Assembly (NCBI RefSeq): GCF_009914755.1
Contig: NC_060932.1
Reading direction: 5' to 3' (one strand)
DNA length: 64,000 nucleotides
Source of the DNA: the human T2T-CHM13v2.0 reference genome, Homo sapiens
Shown here: in pieces, positions 13,983-27,312 of the stretch
Layout of the letters: the number at the start of each line of letters is the position of its first letter
Position numbering within the stretch: the stretch's first letter is position 1
Made by a program: the position numbers and the translations under genes
The notes under the pieces: generated by a model
Told to the model about the DNA's origin: nothing
What the model saw: the letters and a program-made list of their open reading frames with translations, nothing else
Databases searched by the model: none

Positions 13983-14366
13983 TTTTCTTTCTTTTGCTTC
14001 CTTCCTTCCTTCCTTCCTTCCTTCCTTCCTTCCTTCCTTCCTTCTTTCCTTCCTTCCTGTTTCTCTCTCTCTCTCTCTCTTTCTTGAAGGAATTTTGCTC
14101 TTGTCGACCAGGCTGGAGTGCAGTGATGCAATCTCCGCTCAATGCAACCTCAGCCTCCTGGGTTCAAGCGATTCTCCTGCCTCAGCCTCCCAAGTAGCTG
14201 GAATTGCTGGCGCCCACCACTATGCCACGCTAATTTTTGTATTTTTAGTAGAGACGGGGTTTCACCATGCTGGCCAGGCTGGTCTCAAATGCCTGACCTC
14301 AGGTGATCCACCTGCCTCAGCCTCTCAAAGTGCTGGGATTACAGGCGTTAGCCACCACACCCAGCC
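13983..14366 (-). mobile_element. AluS element whose tail has become (GA)n/(GGAA)n microsatellites
   Basis: Full Alu ~14086-14366; TSD CTCTGGAAGTCTTT (13969-13982) / CTCTGAAAATCTTT (14367-14380). Confidence 0.95.
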
Positions 14367-15509
14367 CTCTGAAAATCTTTATGAGTGTTCTTGCCTTACA
14401 ATGGAAAATCCCTTTGTGTTCACCCAGTTGCTTATGGCCTGCATGCTCAACTTTTTCTTGCCTGGGTAAAGCCTGATCCTACTTGGCAAAGTGTATTTCC
14501 CTAAATTTTGTTTTCTAAGTTCCACAACCACTTATTTGAGAAAATCCATTCCTGAGGTGCTTCAGTATTTTGGCTCATCTCTTTTTTTATTGTGAGACAT
14601 TACACTAAATCACTTCTGGGTGTCGGGTGAGAGACTCCTAGGAGTTGTTTATCATCTTGTCCTCTTTGTGGGGAGAAACATAAGAGACAGAGTGCACCTC
14701 TGCTTCAGGGTCCTTTGAAACTTCAGCTTTCTAAAAAGTGCTTCCCTGATAGGTAGAAAGATGAAGAGGAGCAGGAAAGGCCACAGTCTGGGGCAGTGGA
14801 GGAAGGGGAGGAGAGCAGTGGGCAAGTTCTTGGTCAATCCCAGTGCCTGGGATGCGGGCTGATTGCTCCAGAAGAGACAGCACAGGTATAGGTAGGCATC
14901 AGGGAACACCACAGTGAAGGGAGAAACCTGCAGAAAGTGGAAGTAGAGCTATGAGGACCAAAGGAGAGACTCATTCTCATGGAAAATAACTTCTAGAGAT
15001 CAAAGTGATCATGAAGTGTGAGTGACTGTTGTCTTGAAAGAATTTACCAGGGAAAAACACGCTCCTATACTACCCAAGGCAGTGATGCCAATAGAACAGT
15101 ATTCAGAAAAGAAGGGAGAACATAACTTCCAGGGGCCATTCCAGTTATGGAGGTCAATGCTTACTTGATTTCTATTATGATTTACCTAACCTTACCCACA
15201 ACAGCAGCTCTTCTTTCTGGTGGATTAATGGTGGTATCCGTGATTTGTGCCAGTTCAGTATTCAGACACTGATAAACATCTGTACCGATACACTGACCTT
15301 GTTTTGATGGACACTTTTGGTGGAAATAACAAATGCATATGTCAATATGTGACCTCACTCAGGTTAGATTTCTACTATAACCCCAATATAATAATTTATT
15401 GTATTTTTGAACTTAAGACCTTTGAAAGTTTTACCGTATTTGCCTTACCTGTGACTTCCATATAACGTTCACATGCTGAATTTATGTATGTCAATCCTTT
15501 TTCCTACAT

Positions 15510-15670
15510 GCATTTTTCACTGAAATATAAATACACAAGGCGTGAACCCTGTGCATTTTATTCACCATCACGTTACAGCACCTACATTCCACTGGCACAC
15601 GGTTGGTGCTCCATTGTTTTGTTGTGGTTATTAACTGATTAAATAAATGAATGAATATTGAATGAATGAG
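15510..15670 (+). mobile_element. L2 3' end fragment
   Basis: CTGGCACAC...GTGCTC...(TGAA)n tail. Confidence 0.55.
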
Positions 15671-17584
15671 CAAAGTAACATAAGAAGACGATAGGCCTGG
15701 AAGAGATATACACTAGCATTTTTTTTTTTTAATTTGTAAAACTTTGAAGACTAGCAGCCCATTGTGTACCATCAAAGCCCTTCATGATAAAATCTGGTTT
15801 AGGGCATGACACTAGGGAGTGATATCCAGGGCTGCCTTCAACTCTCAGCTTCTGAATTCCATAGTGATACCTCCTTTGAGTCACTGTGTTTGACTCCCTC
15901 ACTCACTATGATAATGCTCCATCACCCCACCTCTGTGATTGCCCGGCTCCTCTTTCCTGAGAGTGTGAAGATCAGCCACACAGAAGGCCAAGGCAGCCTC
16001 TGAGTACTGTCAGCAGCAGGATCAAGATGGTGTTTAAGTAGGAGGATGGGTCATTAGCACCAAAGTAATTGAGACTCTGAGGTAATAAAATTGCAAGCGA
16101 TTTTTTTTCTTTTCCTCTAGATTCTGTTTTTGTTTTTCCCCCATGAAATGAAACAAGACAATTGTCATGCATCCCCAAGTGATTTGAAAGGCCAGGATAG
16201 AGGTGCCTTTTCAGCGTGATACATAATTCTATATCAAATTACCAGGAGCTGGAGAGAATTGCAGCTAAGCCAGAATCTAATGGACATGGGGTATGATTTA
16301 TGTAGAGATGGAGTAATAGACAAGGATTTTAAAATTTGATGGAGAGCTGAGGAAATTCAATAAAAACTGGGTCTACAGAGGCATGTTTTACTGTGTGTGA
16401 ATGTTTTCATAAACACCTCTGAAGAGATAATACTATACAGGTGAGCTTAATAAAAAAGGACTTTCCTTTTCATTCCTGCCAATCTGGCCCTTTCACAAGC
16501 TCCAGTGAGAGAGAAATATGGGCTTGGTGGGACTTTTCTTCCTTAGTTATCTAGTTTCCTTTTTAAACCTTCTAATCTTGCTCCTCGCCTTTCAGCTTTT
16601 ATTGAATTTTTGCAAGAGGAAAGAATTTTGCTAGAAAGGATTTTACTAGAAAGAGCAAGTTAACCTGAATTGCTGACAAATGCAAGGCACTCAAATGCCT
16701 AACGAGTCACCTGCAGCTAAAGGTGCAGCATCCTAATGAACACAGGTATCACTGGGGAGACGAGAAAAAGAGGGAGAGGAAAAAAAATGCATGTATTAGA
16801 AAAGGCAATTACCCTGGAAAAAGTTTTACATATGGGTTCTTAGAAAATGTACTGGCACTGGAGCCTAGAGTACCTGGTTTAATATCCTGACTCAGCTTCT
16901 TACAATCTCTATTACCTCTAACATATTGCTTAATTCCTATGAATTTTAATTTCTTCCTTTTGAAACAGGAGATGATTTTTCTCCCCAGGATGAATGGAGA
17001 AATAAATATGATGTATGCAAACTACTATATCCACAGCCTTGGCACCACAGTTCTTCATAAACTCAAATTCCCATTCTGCCTTCCAGAGCCATAAAGAAAG
17101 CAAGGAGAAAGTGGAAGAGGCAGATTCTTTGCTGTTGGACAAGAAGTGAACCATTAATGTGTAAGCGAACTGAACACCTACTGGAATTACACACTCAAAC
17201 GATTCCCTTTTCATCCATGTGTCTTTTAGTCCAGAAAGCACAACCCAGGAGAAGAGTTCTCATTATCTTCCCTTTGGCATCACCCTGAGGCTATGCTGGG
17301 GAATGAGAGGAAGCCCTAGGTCAGGGAGAAGGAAGAGGAAAAGCTCAGGATGACTGGAGGTTCCACTTGAGAAGCTGCACAGATGGTAAGATGCCTTTAA
17401 ATGACTGCAGACCCAAGGGGAGGAGGAGAGTTTGCTGGAAAGATGATGAGCCTCAGATTAATCTGCTTGAACACCCACACTGCTTAATTTACGTTGTTGG
17501 TGCGTCAGCTTTATCTGGTATATTTTCTTCACTGTCAAAGTGAATCCTTACTGCAGCAAAAGAGCAGAGGTACCTTGTTAATAA

Positions 17585-17949
<365 letters not shown>

Positions 17950-18049
17950 TGTGTGTCCCTCATTTACATCCCCTTATTTATTCAGTTGATCATCTATTTG
18001 TCCTCCAAGTTGGAATGGGAAGATCATCCGTCTCACTTGAGTTTACTTC

Positions 18050-18472
18050 CTTTATTTCACTCCAGAATTGGTCCATTGCCATTTGGTGTGAACTAGTGGA
18101 GCGGTAGCAGAGGAAGTGAGGAAGGAGGCTGGTCTGTGTGATTAGGCTATCTGTGTTTGCTAATTGGCACTCATCAAAGTTAGGCTCCTGCCCTCCTGCA
18201 GATACCAGAAGATAGGGTGTGCTCTCTCCTTGCATGATTACATTTCAAAGAGATGACTTCCACTCCTTAAGAAAGATGTTACTGGATAGTACAACTGGAA
18301 GTAGGTTGGAAGATTTACATCTCAAAGGGAGCAGATAACAAATTTATAATTGAAAATTTTCTGAACTAAATGCTTTAAGAAAGAGGCGATTAGGAGGCTA
18401 GGGCCAGGTAAAAAAAATAAAAGGCTGTCTAAAATATAGTCAAGTTGTGTTGAACTTCAAGTCCATCTTAAT
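18050..18472 (-). mobile_element. ERV1 LTR (MER67/MER31-like)
   Basis: GATTACATTTCAAAG, AAGATTTACATCTCAAAGGG and CTGTCTAAA...AGTCAAG motifs. Confidence 0.6.
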
Positions 18473-18742
18473 TACTCCCTCACCAACTGAGGACTGCACA
18501 CAGGTTATATGTGGGAGTCCTGCATCTTCCCCTCTCACTGACTCAGAACAGGGGTCTGGAGCACTAATGAATAGAAATGAAAATTCAGGTACACGTGCCA
18601 AAACCAATGGCCAAAATTACTCTATTTTTCCCTTAGTGGGATGTTATCACTCCTGAAGACATATAATGTTTTGTCATCTTTTCTATTCACTTAGATATCT
18701 CTTAGTTCCTAATCCAGCCTCTCCCTGTTCACTCAATAAAGG

Positions 18743-18863
18743 CTTCTGATTCCCACTTTCAGGTATAGCCTGGGCTCCACTACTAGAATACAACAAGGAA
18801 ATATCCTCCGTGTTGTATTCTAGTAGTGGAGCCCAGGCTATACCTGAAAGTGGGAATCAGAAG
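18743..18863. repeat. Perfect 53-bp inverted repeat with 15-nt spacer
   Basis: 18743-18795 is the exact reverse complement of 18811-18863, checked base by base. Confidence 0.98.
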
Positions 18864-18886
18864 GATAAATCAGTGAGAATAAAAGG

Positions 18887-18888
<2 letters not shown>

Positions 18889-18952
<64 letters not shown>
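18889..18952. repeat. Compound (CA)n(GA)n microsatellite
   Basis: Direct reading. Confidence 0.98.
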
Positions 18953-18953
<1 letters not shown>

Positions 18954-19739
18954 TCCTTTTATTTGGGAGATTAATTAGAAGGTGGCATTCTACCATGATT
19001 AAGAACGCAGGGAGTAAGTGAAGCAAGTTTTAAGTGGAAAATTTAGAGGGAGGTTGTAATTTTAATAAAATGGATTTGAAGTTTATATGGTAAATTTTTA
19101 CTTCATCTCTCTGCCCAGATAAATACATTGTTACACTAAAATTCACAACCTAAATATAGGTGATAAAATCTAGGTAAGGTCCTGTTCCCTCCACCGTGCT
19201 CTTAACATTATTTCTTCCACATTGCTATTATTAATGACACAATATCACACTTTCTATTCTCTAATTATTACTCCTGGATAAAACCTACTAACCCACCCAG
19301 TCTTTTTCTTAAGAAAGAGTCTTCATCTTCCGTGGATGTTCAAACAGTGATCAATAAAGGGAAAGTGTGCTGTGAATGAGGTGGACCCTTGGATTTCTGA
19401 AGACATTAATTGTCTTAATAGTATCCAGGTTCCTTGCCAACAAATCAAGAGAGGTTTAATTTGTCTTTATGAAGTTTTCATTTATCATTGTACTATCTAT
19501 ATTTGATGTTTCTAATTATCCAACTGATGTATTATTTAGATCCCTTCTGAGACTAGTCAAATTCACTGGAATTTTCTCTTTATTTTATTACAAATAAGAA
19601 CATGTATCAGCCAGAAAAAAATTATACTGTTCCATGTTACACAAGAATATTGTTCATTATTTACTTTAAAAGAAAAGCTGCTCAGGGAAAAAGAGAGAAA
19701 CTCTTTAGCAAATTAGTTTTTAGTTCATTTTCTCAGCAA

Positions 19740-20170
19740 AAATATATAATAAGTATATTATAAACAATTATACAATATATTGTATATGATAGTTATATAA
19801 TATACATTATACAATATATTACTTATATATAATATGATGTATTATATAATATATAACTAATATATGTAATAGTCTTGTATAATCATTTATGTTATATAAT
19901 GTAATATGTAATATATAGTATATATGTAATAATATAGTAAATATAATAAAAAGTATTATATATAAGTTAGATATAATCATTTATCATCTTATATATAATA
20001 CAATACATTATATATAAAATTAAATATTTCTTATATGTATTTAATTATATATTAATATATTATATATTTTAATCATTATATCACATATACAATTATGTAT
20101 AATAATAAAAGATGTTTTATGTATTACATATGTATTTATATATGAATATAAAAATATAAATTTAAAATAT
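19740..20170. repeat. AT-rich low-complexity / degenerate (TA)n tract
   Basis: Almost entirely A/T over ~430 bp. Confidence 0.9.
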
Positions 20171-21935
20171 TGGGGCTACAGTAGTAAGGCTCAGTTTTTA
20201 TCCTCAAAGAAATTATTATTAATAAGTAATGAAAGTCTTACCATGATTTATTAACCTATCCACTTTTCTATCAGTTTAAAAATGACAATGATTTATATGG
20301 TGCCTAATATTGGCTATGGGCTAAGGTTTAGGTGCTATTTAATAGACTAATTATTGGCAGCTAGTAATGCCTGATCTCACCTATGATTGGTTGCTTTATT
20401 CTCAGTTCTTTATCCCTCCTAGTATCCTGGCTTCTTGCCATGTGACTTTGCAGTTACTCTTACTAAAGTCCATCTCATTTATGCTGTGCTTGCATGAGAT
20501 TTTGGTCAAATGTCCCAAGACTAGGTCTTAACCCCATTCACAAGGGAGGAGGCCTCATGTCCTAATCATCTCCTGAAGGCCCCGCCTCTTCATAACTTCA
20601 CATTGGCCACCCTTGAGGAGCTAGAGGGGCTCCTTTTAAACTACAGCACACAAGGTGGTAAAATTATACAGTGATGTGAAATATGCATCCCTTATAACCT
20701 CCAAGGTGTTGCCAGAAATCTATCAGAACTGGTCATGGGACAAAACTATGCTGTGATCTACAAGGAGTCTGAAAAATACATAAAGAAATCTTGCCTATCA
20801 TGCTTTACTTGATTCAAAATAAAAATTCTATTTTTTAAATAAGTGTTCCACAAATGTCCACGCTTCTAACTCTTTAAAGATGATCAATACTAACTGTAAA
20901 CACCGAGGGAGAATGGTGTTCGTGCTTCATGTGGTGTTATTGAAGATGATTGAGTGGAGGTGGCTTGGACAAAGGAGAGCTTTCTGTTGAGAGTTGGCTT
21001 TCTTCTGATGTTTTTGATGTGTTTATTTATCCACATAAATGTCATATATTGTACTTATAAATCTGCAAATCTTGGGATTTTCTGCCTGCAGCGAGATGCA
21101 CATTATCTTCATGAGCTAAGTATTTCTTAAGTTTCTCATCTGGGTCTAAAAGCAAACAACAGTTAAAAACAATGCAAATGGCTATCAATTGTGACTTTCT
21201 GAGTTATTCTCAGACACAGACATGAATGTCCTCTGCCTCTGGTTTCAGGCTGCCGGCTTTTTGAGACAATCCTAAGTAAGGAAAACAGTCTAAGTCAAGT
21301 GCAGGCTCTAGTTTAAGTCTAATGGTCTTAGTACTGGCATTCAGTTACCCAGCATGACTCTAGGCCATCTGTGTGTCCACTCACCGGGCCTGCTCCACTC
21401 CTGCAAAAGCTTCTACCTGTGTGTCTCAGTTGGCACTTGACAGTGGATACTTAACCACCTTTGAAAGAGGCAAAGCCTGGGGCAGAAAGTGAGGCTGCAA
21501 GAAAAGCACCTTGAGAGTTGAAAGAGTTTACGTTCAGGGCTCTGTTTGGAGGGGACAGGTGGAATTCAGGTATCAGCAGGAGAGACGTTCAAGGGAAGAC
21601 TGTGGAAGGAAAGTGAAGTGAACCTCAGCCAGTAATGAGATAGAGAAATGTGTTCTTGGCTATTCTCTGAACATGGTCTTCTGTCTGCAACTGTATTCTG
21701 AGTGAAGCCCCATCCACTACAGTTGTCAGGCAGCATATGCCATAGTATTCAGAAGAGTCTGGAGCTACATGGCCTGAGTTCAAGCCCTCCTTCATGGCCT
21801 GCAACTACTTGGTGTTTCCATTTGTCTAAACCTGGAGTTCAGTGGCAGGAAGTCCACCTTCCTGCATAAATAAGGGCATTTTTCATCATCAGATTTACTA
21901 GAAATAGAGGTATATTTGAGCCTTCACAATCCTAC

Positions 21936-22193
21936 TTTTTTTTTTTTTTTTTTTGATAATAGGGTCTCATTCTGTCATCAAGGCTGGAGTACAGTGGCAC
22001 CATCATAGCTCAGCCTTCTGAGTATCTGGGACTACAGGTACATTCCATCATGCCCAGCTAACTTATTTATTTATTTTATAATATTTTTTGTAGAGATAGG
22101 GTCTCACTTAGTTGCCCAGGATAGTCTCGAACTCCTGACATCAATAAATGCTCCCACCTTGGCCTCCCAAATCGCTGGGATTACAGGTGTGCC
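21936..22193 (-). mobile_element. AluJ with internal deletion
   Basis: AGGGTCTCA and ATCATAGCTCA diagnostics; sequence jumps from GCTCA directly to GCCTTCTGAGTA. Confidence 0.9.
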
Positions 22194-23309
22194 TTTTTTG
22201 ATATAAGTCTATTGGCCAGTCTATTTTGATTTTATAAAACATAGAGAAGAGTTCTAGTTAGTAATACGCTTGTATCTTTCAAGAAAAAATTGCCTTCCTC
22301 ATAGTGTTATTATAAATCTTAATTGTATATCTCTTTAATATATCCTGACACATAGAAACAATAAATAAATGGAAGCTGTTTCTCTTGATGTTTTACTATC
22401 AGTTTTGATATTTTATCAAATTCTTTCTGTTATTCTCATCTCTATGGATACATCAGGGAAAACAGAAGCATGAGTCCTTCCCATAAACTTAACTCCAGGT
22501 AGGCAAGGGATCTACTCAGGAAAGTGTTTTCTTGAATGTAAGACTTGTGAATTCTTAGAAAAGTATTATGAAAAAGACCAGACTTTGGGGTTAGGAAGAT
22601 TCATATTTGACGTCAGTTCTGACATTTTTCAGCTCTAAGAGCTTTGCGAAACTATCCAGTAAGAATGGTAGCTGATACTTCCTAAGAAGCTATAATTGCC
22701 AAACACTGATCTAACTGGTTTACTTGTATAAGTAATTAACTTTCATAAGGCCCCTTTCAGATTAATGCTATTTTTGTTTCCATTTCTTAGACAATGAAAA
22801 CAATCCAGAAAAAAATGATGCTAACTCACTGTGCCCTGAAGTAGCTCAGCTCCAAGGACTGTGACTTTAACTTCTAAGTAACACCCCCTCTCCACTTCAG
22901 TTTTCTTCCTGTGCAGTGGGAGTAATTCCCGCTATTCAAGCTTCATTTGTGAGGATTAAATGCACAAACTTTTGTAAAAGCCCTAGCACACTGATTGCCA
23001 CACTCTAATTCCATTTAAATAATAACTTTTATCATTAGGTTTCTTGGTTGCAAGCAATACAAAGCAACTCTTGCTAACTAAAGTTAAAAAAAAGGAATTT
23101 ACTAAAAGGATTTTTGGTAGCTGAAATAATTATAAGAAGGCTGAAAACCAGGCTACTCAAAAAAGCAAGACCTAGAAGAAATTTTTTGTTATACGTAACA
23201 GCCAGAGAATACATGCCCCCACACCTGTTTATTTAGGAAGCTCACATATATACCATCATTACCTTTTCTCCGACATATAGCCACTGTTAGACAGTGTTTC
23301 TTCAAAGTG

Positions 23310-24305
23310 TAAGTAACAAGACTGAATCAGTAATACAGTCTCCCAAAAAAGAGAAGCCTAGAACTGCATAACTTCACTACTGATTTCAACTCAAGTTTTA
23401 AATAAGAAATAATACCAATTCATTTCAAACCATACCAAAAAATTAACATGGAAGGAATACTTTCTAACTCATTTTACAAGGCCAACATAACCCTGATAAT
23501 ACCAAAACCAGGGAAGGAAAAAAGAGAAAAGGAAACTACAGGCCAATATCCTTGATGAAAATGGATGCAAAATTCCTCAATAAAATATTAGTGAACTGTC
23601 TAACAACACATCAAAAAATAAAGAACACCACCATGGTCAAGTGGAATTGATTCCAGGAACACAAGAATAGTTCAACATACACCAATAAACGTGATATATC
23701 ACCTCAACAGAATAAAGGACAAAAATCATGTGACTATTTCAGTAGATACAGAAAAAGCGTTTGAGAAAATACTCTTAAAAACTCTCAATATCATGAAGGG
23801 ATGTTGAATTTTGTCAAATGCTTTTCTGTATCTATGGAAATGATCATATGATTTTTGGAAAGTACCACAATATTTACAAGCTATATATAATTTTGGAAAG
23901 TACCACAATATTTGCAAACTATACATAATTTTGGAAAGTACTACAATATTTGCAAGCTATACATAATTTTGCAAGGAAAGTACCACGACACAATAAAGGC
24001 CATATATGACAAACCCAAAACTAAAATCATACTGCATGGGGAAAAACTGAAAGCTCTTTATCTAAAAACTGAAACAAAACAAATATGCTCACTTTCACTA
24101 CTTCTGTTCAGCATAGCTCTGGAAGTTCTAGCCAGAGCAATTAGTCTAAATAAAGGGCATACAAATTGAATAGAAGGAAGTAAAATTGTACTTGTTTGAA
24201 AACAGTATGATCTTATATATGGAAAAACCTAAAGACTCTATCAAAAACCTCTTAGAACTGAAAAACTAATTCAGGAAAGTTGCAGGATACAAAATCAGCA
24301 TACAG
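23310..24305 (+). mobile_element. Old L1M ORF2 (RT region) fragment with internal rearrangement
   Basis: Peptide relics IKAIYDKPKTKIILHGEKLKA and [14 protein letters not shown]. Confidence 0.9.
23853..23966. repeat. Three tandem copies of a 38-bp unit
   Basis: TTTTGGAAAGTAYYACAATATTTRCAARCTATAYATAA-type unit starting at 23853, 23891 and 23929. Confidence 0.95.
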
Positions 24306-27300
24306 TATCTTATTTTTGTAGCTGTTAAAATTATTTTTATAATTTTATTTCAGATAGTTCACCATTAACATGTAGAAACAATAATGCTTTCTGTATAATA
24401 ATTTTTTGTACTGTAACTTTACTAAGTTAGTTTATTAGTTCTGAGAGATTTTGGTATTTAGGTTTTTCTAAATATAAGATCCTGTTGTCTGCAAACAGGG
24501 ACAATTTTACTTCCTCCTTTCCAATTTGTATTCTCTTTATTTTTGTCTCTCTTGTCTAATTGATCTGGCTAGGACTTCCAGTACAATGTTGAGTAGAAAT
24601 AGTGAAAGTGGACTTCCTTGTCTTGTTATGGATCTAAGAGGAAAAGCTTTCAGCGTACCCTCATTCAGTGTATTAGCTGTGGGTTTGTCATATATGGACT
24701 TTATTGTTGAGGTACTTTTCTTTTACACCTAATTTGTTAAGAGGTTTTTTATGAAAGAATGTTTAATTTAATTTTGTCATATGCTTTTTATGCACTTACT
24801 GAAATGATCATTTAATATTTGCAATTTATTCAACTGAGGTGATGAATCACATTTATTGGTTTGCTTATGTTGAACCATCTTTGCATCCCTAAGATGAATC
24901 CCACTTGATCACAATGAATAATTTTTTAAATGTGCTGCTGAATTTGGTTTCTTTGTATTTTGTTAAGAATTTTTGCATCTATACTCATCAAGTTTATTTG
25001 TCCTTTCTTTTTCTTTTTTGTTTTATCCTTGCCTGGTTTTTATATAATGGTAATGGTGGCCTCAGAAAATGAATTTTGAACTATTGCCTTTTTAAAAATT
25101 TTCTGGTATAATTTGAGAAAAATTGGTATTAGTCCTTCCTTAAATATTTCATCAAATTCCTCAGTAAAGACATCAGGCACTGGACTTTTTTTTTGATAGA
25201 AAACTTTATTATCAGTTCAATTTTCTCACTGTTAATGGTCTGCTCAAATTTTCTATTTCTTCATCATTTAATTTTGGAAGGTTGTATGTATTCAACAATG
25301 TAGACATTTCTTCTAGATTAGAAAATTTGTTGATGTACAATTGTTCACAATTATCTCTTCTAAATCTGTGTATTTTTGTGGTATCAGCTGTAATGTCTCT
25401 TTTTTCACCTCTGATTTTATTTATTTGTGTCTTCCCTCTTTTTTTCTAAATAAATCTGGATATGATTTATCTTATCTTTTCAAAACAACAATTCTTCATT
25501 TTGTTGATGTTTTAAATTGATGTTCTAGTTTCTATATTATTTATTTCTGCTCTGAGCTTTAATATTTTCTTCATCGTACAAAGTTTGGGCTTTTTTTTTC
25601 TTATGTTTGTAGATTTTGTGTGGTGCATCATTAGGTTGTTTATTAGAAAATTTTCTTTTTTAAAATGTATTTGTTTCTCCAGCTCTTCTCCCTGCACACT
25701 CCTGTAATGTAAATACTTGTTTGTTTAATTAATAGTGTTCCATAAGTCCCACAGGCTTTTAAAATTCTTTTTAAATTTAATTTGGTTCTCTGACTAGATT
25801 ATTTTTAAAGACCTGTCTTCAACTTCAGAATTTTTTTTCTTCTGCTTGATCTAGTCTGCTGCGAAAGTTCTCTGTTGTATTTTGTATTTTATTCATTGAA
25901 CTCTTCATCTCCAAGGTTTGTTTGGTTCTTTTATATGACATCTATCTTTCTTGAATTTCTTATTCAGATTATGAATTGTTTTCCTGGTTTCATTAAATTG
26001 CCTGTGTTGTCTTATATCTCACTGAGGTTCCTTGAGATCACCATTTTTAATTCCTTTTCAGATGTTTTAGAAATTTCCTTTTACTTGGGGTCTGTTACTG
26101 GAGAATTATTATGTTTCTTTGAGAGTGTCATGATTCCTTGTTTTTTCATGTTTCTTGTGTCCCTACATTGACATCTGCACATATATTGGAACAGCCACCT
26201 TTTTTGATTTTATGAAGATATTTTTGATGTAGATGGGTCCTATGGTGTTGGACGGGTGTAGTGCATTGGTTTGATTCTGGCTAGACTCAGTAGTGTGGTC
26301 TCTGTGATGTTTCCTCAGCTATAATCCACATCAGTGACGTTTGTGATGGTGTCAGTGGCTTAGATGACAGGAGTGAGAGCAGTAGTTAGTTTTTCCTGAT
26401 GGAAGGGGTGCCAGGCTGGCTGTCAGGCCAAAAATGTGCATGCTTCATGGAAGAGCTGGGTATGCCATGGGCTGTCCAGGGGATGAGGTCACCTTTGCTC
26501 TGGCTGTTAAGCATGGTGAGCCGTGGACTGGCCTACTGTGTAGTTAACTCTCCAGGGACCTGAGCTACCACTGTACTGGTGGTCAGGCGAGACAAATTGT
26601 ACGTGGATGTACACAGGTTTGTATAGGCATGGTGAGCCAGCCAGCTGTGTGTCAGCTTTCTCACTCTACAGTGTCTCTTTTCCTTGGGGTTTGGGGTTCT
26701 ATGTAGGTTCACATACTGGGGTCTAAGCCATGTCACTAAGCCTAGTTTTCATGCCACCGTGGCTAGTTGCTGCAGTGTCCTGTCTGAGCATGGTAAAATG
26801 ATGATGGAGACTCAGGGACACAGAGAAGCAGTGGCCATTGGCCCCAAGGGCAGGGACACACTCTAGCTGTGGGTTCAGTTTCGAGATGAGGCCATCTTGG
26901 GTTGCAAGGGTGGGGTGTCCTCAACCTAAGCTCCTATTCTGGGGAAATGCAGTTGAATTACCTCCAGGTAACTCTCCAAACTGGATTTGGAGTCTGTGAG
27001 GACTGTGGGACTCTTCTGTAGCAAGGACTACAGGCAACTGCAGTTGCAATGGGGACTTCTGGAAGGCTCCAGCCTAACAACAATCCCAGCTTGGGAGATG
27101 CTATGTTACAGGTAGAGTGCTTCACTCACCACTCTATGTTGCTATCCTAGGTGTGTGTCTTCTACAGGAATTTAGCCACTCCTCTGGTTCTCTCTAGCAT
27201 ATTTCCTTAACCATTCCAACAGAAATATAGTTGTTTGTTCATTGTCTTGGTTTATTTCTGTTGACTGACTAGTACCAGGAAACTTTAGTAGCACATCTTG

Positions 27301-27312
27301 CTAATGTCACTT
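24306..27312 (-). mobile_element. Old L1M element: 5' UTR, partial ORF1, partial ORF2 with internal deletion, 3' truncated
   Basis: Antisense ORF2 motifs (GGCTAGGACTTCCAGTACAATGTTGA; GTCTGCAAACAGGGACAA); minus-strand 5' start AAGTGACATTAGCAAGATGTG near 27312. Confidence 0.85.

Noticed and set aside
13906-14469. 187-aa + strand ORF and overlapping 143-aa minus-strand ORF
   Set aside because: Both are built from a microsatellite (LPSF / KEGR repeats) and Alu or LTR sequence; typical artefacts.
15190-15450. Minus-strand GTAAG donors (CTTACC near 15191 and 15445) suggesting host exons
   Set aside because: No convincing acceptor or recognisable protein; such motifs occur by chance. A lncRNA exon cannot be excluded.
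22000-22020. Internal deletion in AluJ at a CTCA microhomology
   Set aside because: Ordinary microhomology-mediated decay of an old repeat.
23853-23966. 38-bp repeats as a CRISPR-like array
   Set aside because: Units are directly adjacent with no unique spacers, the context is human, and there are no cas genes.
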